Source of the DNA: Chlamydiales bacterium
GTDB lineage: Bacteria; Chlamydiota; Chlamydiia; Chlamydiales; JARBTQ01
Length of the DNA stretch: 64,000 bases
Reading direction: 5' to 3'
Assembly (NCBI GenBank): GCA_029240075.1
Contig: JARBTQ010000006.1
Coordinates: 2,544-66,543 of the forward strand
The translations under genes and the position numbers were made by a program. Below the pieces are notes generated by a model, which worked only from the letters and a program-made list of their open reading frames with translations, did no database searches and was not told where the DNA came from. This document shows, piece by piece, positions 51,901-59,939 of this stretch. Within the stretch, counting starts at the first letter, position 1, and each line of letters begins with the position of its first letter.

Positions 51901-54041
51901 TAGTTATCTTTTGCTGCTATAGCACTGAGGCTGCTACCAAATCCTATTTCTGAAACGGGCGATGGATCCATGGGATTGGATATATCGAAAATTGTAAGCC
52001 CTTTTTCTGTATCAGAAATCACGTAAGCATAGTTTCCGAGTACTTTTACATCGCGCAACCCATCTAGCAAAGTTGCACTTGTTCCATCGGTTATTTTTGC
52101 AAGAAATTGGATATCTGGAGTAAAACTTTGGTTATGCTCCAGTGCAATTTGATCAGATTTAACTTTATACAATAAAGTTTCACCAGCATTAGTGCCATAA
52201 GTATCACTGCCTGAAACCCCAATAGCAGCATAAGTGTGATTGATAGCTACTGAAGCTCCTAAATAGTCATTGCTTGCTCCAGAAGATTGAGTTAAGATTT
52301 TGACTTGAGACCAACCCGCAGTCTTTTTCTCAAATAAGTAAGCTGCTCCTGAGTTAGTGGTAATAAAACTATTGTTTTTAGCTCCTACGAGTAAGGAATT
52401 TCCTTTAAGAGCCACTGAACAACCAAAATTATCAGATGCGACTGTCTCTAGAGCTTGTATTTTGGCACTTTGCTGCCAACTATCATTACCAAGCCCTTTT
52501 TCAAAGATATAAACAGCTCCTTTTCCAGAGGCATTTAGACTGCCTACTGCTATGCGACTGCCACTTAATGCAAGAGAAGCCCCAAAATTGTCATTTGCAG
52601 CAAGGTCGGCAGCTACAATTCTTTGAGATTCAACCCAATTACTTCCGTTATAATCGAAGATATAGACAGCCCCTCCTGTCCCATTATTTGGAGCGCCGAT
52701 AATAGCTCTATTCCCGTGTATTGCTACGGAGGAACCAAAGTAATTGTTGGCACCTGGGCTTCCAAATGTAGGGATAAGCTTGCTAGACCAGGAACCTGTA
52801 GCCGTATTATAAATATAGGCAGCACCACGGTTGGAAGAATCCCCTTTAACTCCTACAATTAGAAAATTTGAATCTAAGGCAAGAGCAGAACCAAAATAGC
52901 TACCAGACGAACGAGTTGGTAGTGCATTGCCAAATGATACAGCTGACCAGGTTCCCGATGATTTTTGGTATAAAGTGACATCTCCCGCATTTGAACTAGC
53001 TCCTTCATCTGAAGCTGCTGCCCAATTTCCAGATATGGCCACTTTAGTTCCAAAGGTACTGCTGGCAGAAGTGATAGTAGTAACCTTAGCCCAAGCACTA
53101 CCAGCAAAATCATGAAATTCGATAATTCCATTACCACCCGAAATAAGTTGAGTGTCATCCATTGCGTTTGCTTGACCAAAGTTAAGTTTGGTTGTGTCAG
53201 AACTGTAAATATGTTGTGGAGGATCAACGATCGGCAATAAACTTTGATCCATAAGAGCCGTACTTCCACTCGAGTCTTTAGCACCTAAATCTAATGGAGA
53301 GTAAAATGTACCCTCCCATTCATATAGTAATTTTGTATTAAAGTAGATTTCTGAAGTGTCGATCTCTTTCTGGGAAAATTTGCCTAAATGGAAAACTTTG
53401 TCTAAAGTCCAATTTTTGATTAGAGGTGTATTACCTATTTTTCCAGTTGCAAGAGCTATAGTACGACCTGTGATCCACTCTAACCGATTGAGGAATTCAA
53501 GCTTACTCGAAGCTTTTCCTAAATCGCATGCAAGAAGATCAATACGACCTTCTCTTTTTATGGACTGACCTATATAGCGCCAAAATTGTTTTAAATCTTT
53601 TTGATATAATAAAGATGAAAGTGAAACAGTATCTTTTACTGTCAGTTGAAAAGAACCTACCTCTGTTCCGTGATTTGCAAAAGCTATACTAGAAGCTTCT
53701 TTGCCATCTAATGCTAGCATAACTTTATCTTTAAGCTCGTTTAAAGTTGTAGTATCCGGGTCGTAATTTACAATAAGAGAATAACCTCGTGCCGCTGTAA
53801 TTAATTTTTCATAGTCTGTAATGTTATTCGCTATGACAAGAACACGAGGATGTAGAGAGTCAGTAACTTTGGTATTAGGCTCGGTTATTGTACGAAAACC
53901 ATCCAATGTATCGTCTAAATTAGAATCAAACTTTGTCTTATCTATGTACTCTTTTGAATTATCCTGAAATAAGAGTTCAGATAAGCCTGCTCCATCAAGT
54001 ACAATCCGCTCTTCTAGCTTTAATAAACTAAATCTACTCAT
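45963..54041 (-). CDS. Giant multidomain surface protein/adhesin (LEPR-XLL-like motif, DUF4347-like, FG-GAP propeller, LVIVD propeller, three LamG-like domains, cadherin-like repeats)
   Basis: LEERIVLDGA; HG...FQL...IDLLACDLG; repeated FGxSVAxxG...GAxYIF; repeated IxDISNPxxP with YxYV; LxFDGxDD...WHHV/WNHI; six ~125-aa tandem repeats; start set at ATG 54041 (GAAGGAG upstream). Confidence 0.88.
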   Translation of the reverse strand: MSRFSLLKLEERIVLDGAGLSELLFQDNSKEYIDKTKFDSNLDDTLDGFRTITEPNTKVTDSLHPRVLVIANNITDYEKLITAARGYSLIVNYDPDTTTLNELKDKVMLALDGKEASSIAFANHGTEVGSFQLTVKDTVSLSSLLYQKDLKQFWRYIGQSIKREGRIDLLACDLGKASSKLEFLNRLEWITGRTIALATGKIGNTPLIKNWTLDKVFHLGKFSQKEIDTSEIYFNTKLLYEWEGTFYSPLDLGAKDSSGSTALMDQSLLPIVDPPQHIYSSDTTKLNFGQANAMDDTQLISGGNGIIEFHDFAGSAWAKVTTITSASSTFGTKVAISGNWAAASDEGASSNAGDVTLYQKSSGTWSAVSFGNALPTRSSGSYFGSALALDSNFLIVGVKGDSSNRGAAYIYNTATGSWSSKLIPTFGSPGANNYFGSSVAIHGNRAIIGAPNNGTGGAVYIFDYNGSNWVESQRIVAADLAANDNFGASLALSGSRIAVGSLNASGKGAVYIFEKGLGNDSWQQSAKIQALETVASDNFGCSVALKGNSLLVGAKNNSFITTNSGAAYLFEKKTAGWSQVKILTQSSGASNDYLGASVAINHTYAAIGVSGSDTYGTNAGETLLYKVKSDQIALEHNQSFTPDIQFLAKITDGTSATLLDGLRDVKVLGNYAYVISDTEKGLTIFDISNPMDPSPVSEIGFGSSLSAIAAKDNYIYIASSTGNWIKIINASTPTSPTVIATITDGGSTVNTYSYTKLGGINALKIVENYLYAHAGADHTITVIDITNPTSPILRCEFTDNTHLGTPTTIQGPNSLSIEGNYLYTINTGSKVSIINISNPAALSYVTEITSVTASPSALTVKNNYLYVAGYSGNSLQIYDVSNPSNPILVKTLSDSSNGNYLSGLTSITIQGFYAYVSSSTESAVSIINIQSPAEAYIVKELKNGLENITFSDPYGVEISNNVLYVADHNGKSLHLIKLYMPDLPSATSYSLQFDGINDHVTIPHNNNLNGYPLTLVVWVKTTTNDSTARGIVTKYDSSSLNGYLVYLKNGHVYASYHVNGTSYISTGAFGMDGGVINDGKWHQIALSVDPSGGMLFVDGNLLAMESWTGASGTCTTVQPLYIGRYGSGYFQGLVTQLTIFNGSFVTGYYRFDERIGQRVYDISQNKNNGYLGSSLTSSSDDPKRIVADGFSKNYCLYFDGSDDYLDFNVGSLAPTLGNQFTQEMWITAEYTSNDNTFYELIGNMNSGTPNQLAPSLWVQGLKVKASFGTGSTAVSIVTPDILNFGKWNHIAATYNNSVYKLYVNGQLAASNTVGSLTPYAIPQKYLGTISRANYFKGHVADLRLWSTARSQGQILSNMLQPLSGSETNLIAYYPLSTGIGDYVYDSSLVGNIGVLGGNAIPESSDPTWKLAPLLTYVPNHTLYFDGIDDVVTISHNSVLDSYPLSIAVWVKTSTNDGISRGILSKYTTGSNNGYQIYLKNGNIYARYFKDSSNYIRDISGEGVNGGSIKDGYWHHVVFVVDSSGGTIYVDGQQKSNCSWTGTAAATTSTANLLIGVYEAGIGYFNGAIDELNVWNEAKTVSQIQSMMNSSSIDRSSNLVASYRMNNDLSQYVYDYSGNSLHGILGNSNSTSIEDPIITLSGAKLNDGYYLTSNQYVIISLQGYSLASTSTYAMIKDLPTQGILYQYNSLATNFCGAAINSINTAVTDEFGRVVYYPNMDGRSDYSSTSFSYSFNDSFSSSKTSKVWVNLQPYTRFNYTLNAQSINDNTTCYPFSTVTISNTDLSQSYTYTVNLDDSTKGIFTASSITATGFVNNGGGSYSFTGTSSEAQAAIRALEFKPTANQVAVGSTVTTTLKLSCNDGSISDSNTTIVATSIEDLNVFANGITSNIDDNATCSPFSSFSITDPDIGQSHLYTVSLDSPLKGGFTAASLTASGFTDAGSGIYTYTGSAANAELAIRQLVFQPTPHRVNVGTTESTVITVACDDGSTANSTTTINTTAMPSPSLFNNAQAGQTTTDTSSCSPFSSFTITTTGLGQNSTYTITLDDAAKGSFTAASLTTSGFVDMGGGSYGYTGSASAAQAAIRQLVFNPTPNRVAVGSTETTQFTVSSDDGALSEATTTVISTSVNDPSTFSGGISNPINDNETCIPFSSFIIIDPDSTQTNTYTITLDDSAKGSFTSTSLSTSGFMNPSSGTYTYLGTASQAQSAIQQLVFQPTQYRVPVGMTEITTFTISSDDGATLDATTSVTSTAARAPSTFTNTSTGITINDNTTCSPFSTVSITASALGQISTYTVSLDLVGKGSFTTPSLNSSGFTSIGGGIYEFTGSPSDAETAIRQLIFQPTPNRVVLGTTETTIFTVSADDGATPDSTTTVISSPLDQPTLFGGGLANQSVNDNATCSPFTSFTITDPNIVQIHTYTVTIDTAAKGNFTGTSLISSGFSDIGSGFYTYTGTAANAQTAIRKLVFKPAPQRVSIGNAEMTTFTVACDDGSTENTTTVISTAVPAPPSVNIPNPITNYALSSGLIAVSPTMTISSGNIPAASSKLVFQFANGYQIGDCLDIRYQGTDPTEINIQNNLVYYGSTLVGNYAKSTAISKALVIVFNNQATDAIVTAIAQNIIYYSTQPKPVNANRLLKVMYDNGYNMTTIQNITLTVNQPATLNPDSTSLPNNLALQKPAEPNRFPDHLQSLFYKR
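46530..48765 (-). repeat. Six tandem ~376-bp (125-126 aa) cadherin/Ig-like repeats within the adhesin
   Basis: Recurring C.PF...KG.FT...A..AIR.L.F.PT...DDG at ~375-378-bp spacing; boundaries approximate. Confidence 0.9.
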
Positions 54042-54135
54042 AGCTAACCTGACTACTCCTTCCCCTGCCAATCATGATGTTTTTGAGGTTCATCCCCCTA
54101 TACAGGAATGTAGTCGATTAGACTTTGTGGGTCAA

Positions 54136-54169
54136 TAGACCTCTTGCAAAACCTTTTTGCAATGGTCTA
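54136..54169. repeat. Collapsed palindromic element (same termini as 7961 and 10848)
   Basis: TAGACCTCTTGCAAAA-CCT-TTTTGCAATGGTCTA. Confidence 0.6.
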
Positions 54170-54383
54170 TTAAAATGGCCAATAAACAGTCCATAGGAAA
54201 GATCTAATCCATTCATCATCAGGTTATAAATTTGTAATAGATCAAAAAATAAAATTATTCCCTTTTATTTTTCTAATATGCTAGAGAGTTGTACAAGAGC
54301 TGGTATCAAAGAAATTCTCTCATTTTGCAAGATATAAAATAAAGTTGTGTATCATCGCAAATATAAAAATGTAGCTGCTTTAT

Positions 54384-54410
54384 TAGAAGATAAGCAATAT
54401 CTACCAATAA
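54384..54410 (+). promoter_or_regulatory. Weak sigma28-like promoter candidate for flagellin
   Basis: TAGA-N15-ACCAATAA versus TAAA-N15-GCCGATAA, in an AT-rich context. Confidence 0.25.
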
Positions 54411-54522
54411 AATATAAGAGTTTTCTTTGATAAATTTTCTTAAAAAAATTTCAATAGGCTATACCACTTATTGGAATTACAGCGAAAAGATTATCAAATA
54501 GTAAACATATGGAACTAGGCCT

Positions 54523-56166
54523 ATGAATATCCCTCCTGTAGCTTTGTCCCTTACCTCCCATTATCAGAAAAGCAAAAATAAATTGGCAGCTTCCATGCGA
54601 GTACTTTCTTCGGGAAATCGCCTAATAAACGTGGGAACCGATCCTGCAGGTTTGCGAATGTCTGAAAAATTACGTAGCGATATCCGGTCAAATATGGCTA
54701 ATAAGTTAAATTTAGAAGCAAATTTAGCTTATTTGAGCGTTGCTGATTCCCATATTCAAAAAGTTTATGAAGTCTTAGATAGGATGACTGAACTTACTGC
54801 TCAAGTAATGGATACAACTAAAACACCGGGTGATATAGCTGCGTTTGAAGCTGAATTTCAGGCCTATAAAGATGAGTTGTCGCGTGCGTCTAGAGAAGGT
54901 TCGTTCTACGGGCGTCAAGTAGCAAGCCGAGAAGCTTTAGTCTCTTACGATGCAAATAGTGAAACAATGAGATATTGGGGAACAAACGACATTGGAGGAG
55001 CCTTAGAGATAGAGCGTAAGTTTGGAGCTTCTGGAACAGATGCCTTTGGAACTGCTATCAATTTTGATCCTAATGAAAATTTTGGTATGAGTCGCGACGG
55101 ACGCAGCCTATTCTATCTGGATTCCAATCAGCATCTATGTAGTTACGATATGCTTAATAACAAAGTAACTAGAGGTACTGATACCTACAACTCTGGAGAT
55201 ACAATGGTAGTAGACGAGACAGGGGCTCTATATGTAAATGGAAATGGAACTCTTTACACCATAGATACAGGCTCGTTAACAAGAACTTCTACAACATTGA
55301 CAACATTGGCTGCAGGGAAGGAATTCACCGTCTATAATAACAGTGCTATTTATTGGGATGCTGCAACGACTAATATGGTCACAACAGATTTAAGTATTTT
55401 AAGTACAACGACTCTTGTGGATAGCTCTATCGGCTCCAATTTGGCAAATTTAAATAGCGTATTTGGCTCTTCAACACACGCGATTTCTGGCTCAGGCCGT
55501 TATATAGTAGGTAAGCTAAGCGCAACTAGTATAGGTCTGGTAGACTGTAAAACTGGGGCTTATTCAACTGCTAGCTTAGGAGCAAGCTGCAATTTATCAG
55601 AGCTACAAATTAGTGAGGATGGCGATCTTGTCTACTATGTAGATACGCAAAATTCTTCAGTTAATACCATTGCTATCCAAAGTGGTACTATGGCAACAGG
55701 GCAAACCGTGATGCAAGGGGTAAATGCTAATTCATTTTTAGGATTGGATGTTGGGGGCGCTGGATTTCAATCTTTACAACAATTTTATTTAGGGGGCGAT
55801 AGTAAATCTACAATTTATTATGAGTCACCAATTCTTAATTTGTATAGTTTAGGGTTAGCCAACACATCAATAGATAACCCTACAAATGCGGGGTTAACTT
55901 TACAAGATCTACAGCGCGCGACAAACCGAGTAGCATCACAACATACGGAACTGGGAGCTATCATGTCACGCTTAGAGCGCATTTTAAATGCTACAGAGAC
56001 AGTGACAGCTAATATGCAAGATAAGGAAGGGTTGATACGCAATGCTGATGTTGCAAAAGAAGCTACTGAATACAGCCAACAAGAAATTTTAAATCAATAC
56101 ACAACATCTTTATTAGCTCAATATAATGCTAGCGCATCAAGTGTCTTGAAGTTGTTATCATACTAA
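54523..56166 (+). CDS. fliC: Flagellin with beta-propeller-like central domain
   Basis: N-terminal LSSGNRL...DPAGL.MSEKLRS.I...LDRMTEL..Q; C-terminal LGAIMSRLE, IRNADVAKE..EY....IL.Q....LLAQ.N.....VLKLL. Confidence 0.88.
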   Translation: MNIPPVALSLTSHYQKSKNKLAASMRVLSSGNRLINVGTDPAGLRMSEKLRSDIRSNMANKLNLEANLAYLSVADSHIQKVYEVLDRMTELTAQVMDTTKTPGDIAAFEAEFQAYKDELSRASREGSFYGRQVASREALVSYDANSETMRYWGTNDIGGALEIERKFGASGTDAFGTAINFDPNENFGMSRDGRSLFYLDSNQHLCSYDMLNNKVTRGTDTYNSGDTMVVDETGALYVNGNGTLYTIDTGSLTRTSTTLTTLAAGKEFTVYNNSAIYWDAATTNMVTTDLSILSTTTLVDSSIGSNLANLNSVFGSSTHAISGSGRYIVGKLSATSIGLVDCKTGAYSTASLGASCNLSELQISEDGDLVYYVDTQNSSVNTIAIQSGTMATGQTVMQGVNANSFLGLDVGGAGFQSLQQFYLGGDSKSTIYYESPILNLYSLGLANTSIDNPTNAGLTLQDLQRATNRVASQHTELGAIMSRLERILNATETVTANMQDKEGLIRNADVAKEATEYSQQEILNQYTTSLLAQYNASASSVLKLLSY

Positions 56167-56188
56167 ATAATTAGAGGTATTAGAAACT

Positions 56189-56740
56189 ATGTTGAACTAT
56201 GCATTTTCTCACGATTCTTATAAAAGTTATAAAGAAACTCAAGAGCACTTACAAGTTAATTTAAAGAAATTAGAGGCTGTTAGCCTTCCTTCAGAATTTG
56301 GCTTAAGCGAAATTTTTCATAAACATTTCAATGCTCATGATACCATGGCTTTAGCATGTGAAAAGGCTATGGAACAGTTAGCTGAGGTTTATGTGCAGAA
56401 ATTAGTTGAATTAGAGCATGCTGTTAGTGCAACAGAGGCTTTATCTTTACTCAATGATGCTGAAAGTATTTGGGAAGAATCGGCCAGTGTTATACGTAAA
56501 TATGATTCTGAAGGAACAGAGAAAGCCTTTCTGCTTGAGATGAGACAACAAGCTCTAGTCTTCTTAGAAGATCAATTGGCCCAGGCTGGCAAACGTTGTG
56601 AAAGAATTCCTTCTAAGGAAAATGTTACCCTTTGCTTAGGATTGTTAGCAGTTATAGATTACATACTTGAAGAGTGTGGAGAACCTAGCAATAGTCCTAA
56701 GAGAAAACGTTACAGAGAAACAGCATTGAAATTTCGCTAA
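56189..56740 (+). CDS. Hypothetical helical protein probably co-transcribed with flagellin
   Basis: 183-aa ORF 22 bp after the flagellin stop, AGAGG RBS. Confidence 0.7.
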   Translation: MLNYAFSHDSYKSYKETQEHLQVNLKKLEAVSLPSEFGLSEIFHKHFNAHDTMALACEKAMEQLAEVYVQKLVELEHAVSATEALSLLNDAESIWEESASVIRKYDSEGTEKAFLLEMRQQALVFLEDQLAQAGKRCERIPSKENVTLCLGLLAVIDYILEECGEPSNSPKRKRYRETALKFR

Positions 56741-56777
56741 ATTATTTGGCTCATGAGATTTTTAAAGCTTTTTCCAA

Positions 56778-56813
56778 AGAGTGGAGCTCGCATAATTTGC
56801 CATACTCCGCTCT
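56778..56813. terminator. Hairpin between convergent genes
   Basis: AGAGTGGAG...CTCCGCTCT. Confidence 0.45.
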
Positions 56814-56867
56814 CAAGTCTATTCAATTACCTGTAACCGAATTTTTTAATTTTTAGGCCTTATTTTG

Positions 56868-57713
56868 CTAAAAAGGTTTGGATAATCTCGAGATAAAGGC
56901 CACCATATCCGATAGACTCCTATTAGCCAATTCGGATTGGTCGAAAATGGGGTAAAAAAGAGCCTTGGATTCTTCCTCCAAAACATCTTTCCGTTTCTTC
57001 TCTAATTCTTTAGAAATCTTAATAAATACCTTCTTTTGTTCAATAATCATTAATTTTAATAATTTGTCGAGGCCTCCTTCAGTATTGCATAATTTATCAC
57101 TATCGATCACTCCATATGTATCAAGCAAATAAAGAAAACTTTGACAATCCTTACGGTTAAAAGCTGTATCAAATAGTGAAGGGTTTTGCCTAAAGGCCTC
57201 CTTTAAAGTAGCAGCTCCTCCTAGATCCAAAAGAAAACGCAATTCTTTCAAACTGTCAGCTTGATCCCTTCCATAAGTAGTTGTAAAGTATTGTTCTAAT
57301 AATTCTAGGAGGGGTTCAGTATGCTCATTAAAAAAGCTTTGTATAGCTAAGAATTTTGCTTTTAAAGAATTTTTTTCCAGAACTTCATTTCTTAACTTGT
57401 TAATAGGGATTGATTTGAATTTGAGTGGTGCCGGGAATAAAGTTACTTGTCCGTCTATGAATGTAAAAGGAGAATTGCCTAGAAGATTATAAATATATCT
57501 TTTAAAGAATAAAGAAAGATTTTCTTTTTCTAGTATATCAAGAGCCTTTGTATTGATAAGATGCTGCCAAACGCGGTCAGAACTAGTCCTATGATTCCAG
57601 TCCTTACAAACTTGGGACGTGCGGCCTAAGCTTGTTTGATCTAGGTAGCTAAAAACCTCTTCCTTTATCTCTGCTGGTAAAGTTTGAAAGCTAGCAAAGC
57701 TTACTGTATTCAC
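56868..57713 (-). CDS. F-box domain protein (candidate effector)
   Basis: FQTLPAEIKEEVFSYLD..SL.R.SQVCKDWN....DRVW F-box consensus. Confidence 0.88.
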   Translation of the reverse strand: MNTVSFASFQTLPAEIKEEVFSYLDQTSLGRTSQVCKDWNHRTSSDRVWQHLINTKALDILEKENLSLFFKRYIYNLLGNSPFTFIDGQVTLFPAPLKFKSIPINKLRNEVLEKNSLKAKFLAIQSFFNEHTEPLLELLEQYFTTTYGRDQADSLKELRFLLDLGGAATLKEAFRQNPSLFDTAFNRKDCQSFLYLLDTYGVIDSDKLCNTEGGLDKLLKLMIIEQKKVFIKISKELEKKRKDVLEEESKALFYPIFDQSELANRSLSDMVAFISRLSKPF

Positions 57714-58067
57714 TTTCTTAACCCTATTGCTTATTCTTGGAGGAACTCATTATCTATCATCAATATCATTTTCATGATATCCAATCTTTATAATTTAATG
57801 TCATAGAGCAAAATCCTTACATTTTAGCATTAAAGGCTAGACAGATTTTTTGTTGTCATATATGGACAGGTATTAAGTCCGGTTATTTGGAATGCTCTCG
57901 CGAATGCAAAGATAGTCAACAAAACCATGGTTAATCGTAGCATCTTCAAAAAAAGTAAAAGGCTATTACAAAGGTTTTGAAAAGCATAAAAGTGATAGAA
58001 ACGCTAGATGCTAAAAAAGGACTAATTTCTGCTTATAGTAACTATCAAATCAAGGAAATGAGGTTTC

Positions 58068-59573
58068 ATGTCTTATTCAATTGGGTTACAGCTAAATCAA
58101 ACACAGAGTCTTAAGCAGACTCAGAGGCTGATTATGTCGCCCCAAATGCAACAAGCTATCAATTTACTTCAGTTGCCTGTTCAAGAGCTTGCTGTACTAA
58201 TAGAACAAGAGATTGCACGCAACCCACTTTTGGAGATAGATGTTGAAGAGACCTATCCAGAGTATGAGGAGCCTGGGGGGGTGGCTTTAGAGGAGCAAAT
58301 TAGAGAGCACGATTACGAAAGAGAATCCATAGACTCTCGGGATGTTTCATTTGATAGAGACGACTTTAGCATCCTACAAAGGTTAGACGAGGAATATCAC
58401 GATTACTTTTCAGAACAAGAATCAAGCCATAATTCCCATTCTAATCGAGATGAAGACCAATTAAAACAATTCCAGGATAGTTTAATTACAGCTCATCCTT
58501 CCTTATACGAACATTTATTATCTCAGTTCCGTTTAAGCTATAACAATGCTCCACAACAGGAATTAGAAGTCTCAGAAATGATCATCGGTAATCTAGATGA
58601 ACGCGGATTTTTAACAACAAGTCTCGAAGAATTAGCTATCTTATACGATGTGGAAATCTTTTTACTCCAAAGTGTTTTGAAAAAAGTGCAAACTTTAGAG
58701 CCTTATGGAGTGGGAGCTTCAGATGTAAGAGAATCATTTTTAATTCAGTTAAGATGCTTGAAAAAGCAAAATACCTTAGCTTATCGTATATTAGACAGAC
58801 ACTACGAAGATCTGCTAAATAATAGAATTCCTATTATACAAAAAAGTTTAGGTTGTTCTGCTTCTGAAATTACAAAAGCAATGGAAAAGGATATTGCTAA
58901 ATTAAGCTTGAGGCCTGCTACAGCTTATGTTCAGCATATTGTTCCTTATATTATACCTGATGCACATATCTTTTTAGATAGAGGAGAGCTTATTGTAGAG
59001 CTAAATGATCAAGAGTTACCTTCTTTAAAGCTCAATCATCAGTATTTTAAAATGCTTGAGGATACCACTGTACCCTCTGATACTCGGGATTATATACGTG
59101 ATAAACTTTCTTCAGGCAAATGGTTAGTTCGCAATATCTATCAAAGAAATGAAACTTTAAGACGTATACTTATTTTATTGATTATTAAACAAGCTCAGTT
59201 TTTTAAAGATCCTCAAGGTCAATTAATTCCTCTGACTATGAAAATTCTAGCGGAAGAACTTGAGCTTCATGAATCTACAATTGCACGCGCAGTTGCTAAT
59301 AAGTATATCGATACTCCGCGTGGGCTATTATCTTTGCGTTCATTTTTTACGAATGCTTATGTGACTGAAGAAGGAGATGATATCTCAGCTCAGACTGTAA
59401 AAGCAGCTTTGCAGGAGCTTGTTCATTCGGAAGATAAGAAAAAGCCCTATTCAGATGAAAACTTATCAAAATTGTTGAAAGATAAGGGAATCAATTGTGC
59501 TCGTCGCACTATAGCTAAGTATAGATTAGAACTTAATATAGGAAACACAACACAACGTAGGAAATATAGTTAA
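58068..59573 (+). CDS. rpoN: RNA polymerase sigma-54 factor
   Basis: MSPQMQQAI.LLQL, NPLLE, HESTIARAV..KY, ARRTIAKYR RpoN box. Confidence 0.97.
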   Translation: MSYSIGLQLNQTQSLKQTQRLIMSPQMQQAINLLQLPVQELAVLIEQEIARNPLLEIDVEETYPEYEEPGGVALEEQIREHDYERESIDSRDVSFDRDDFSILQRLDEEYHDYFSEQESSHNSHSNRDEDQLKQFQDSLITAHPSLYEHLLSQFRLSYNNAPQQELEVSEMIIGNLDERGFLTTSLEELAILYDVEIFLLQSVLKKVQTLEPYGVGASDVRESFLIQLRCLKKQNTLAYRILDRHYEDLLNNRIPIIQKSLGCSASEITKAMEKDIAKLSLRPATAYVQHIVPYIIPDAHIFLDRGELIVELNDQELPSLKLNHQYFKMLEDTTVPSDTRDYIRDKLSSGKWLVRNIYQRNETLRRILILLIIKQAQFFKDPQGQLIPLTMKILAEELELHESTIARAVANKYIDTPRGLLSLRSFFTNAYVTEEGDDISAQTVKAALQELVHSEDKKKPYSDENLSKLLKDKGINCARRTIAKYRLELNIGNTTQRRKYS

Positions 59574-59587
59574 AGAGGTGAAATATA

Positions 59588-59610
59588 GTATTGCATTCGT
59601 AATGCAATAC
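59588..59610. terminator. Perfect hairpin right after rpoN
   Basis: GTATTGCATT-CGT-AATGCAATAC; no clear U-tract. Confidence 0.4.
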
Positions 59611-59939
59611 CTAGTCACATTATATTCATATAGTTTTAAAGCGTATTAGTATCATAATAAGCTGTTTATGATCTTTCAAGTTTCTTTTGAGCTTTTCAGT
59701 GGGTTTTTCTATTAATTTTTAAATTTTCATAAACAATAAGATTTAAATTAATCTTTTATTACATTTTGCCTTAAGATTTATTCGGATAGTTTTTTCTGTT
59801 ATAACTTAGTTTGGCACTTGTAATACAAGCTGCTTGTCGCTCTTCTAAATCCAAGCTTCCTTAAAGTAGAGTCATATAACAGAAGCAGCTCAATCTGGAC
59901 TCTTTTCATAGTATTTGTTCGTCTATCAAACATTGTTTT

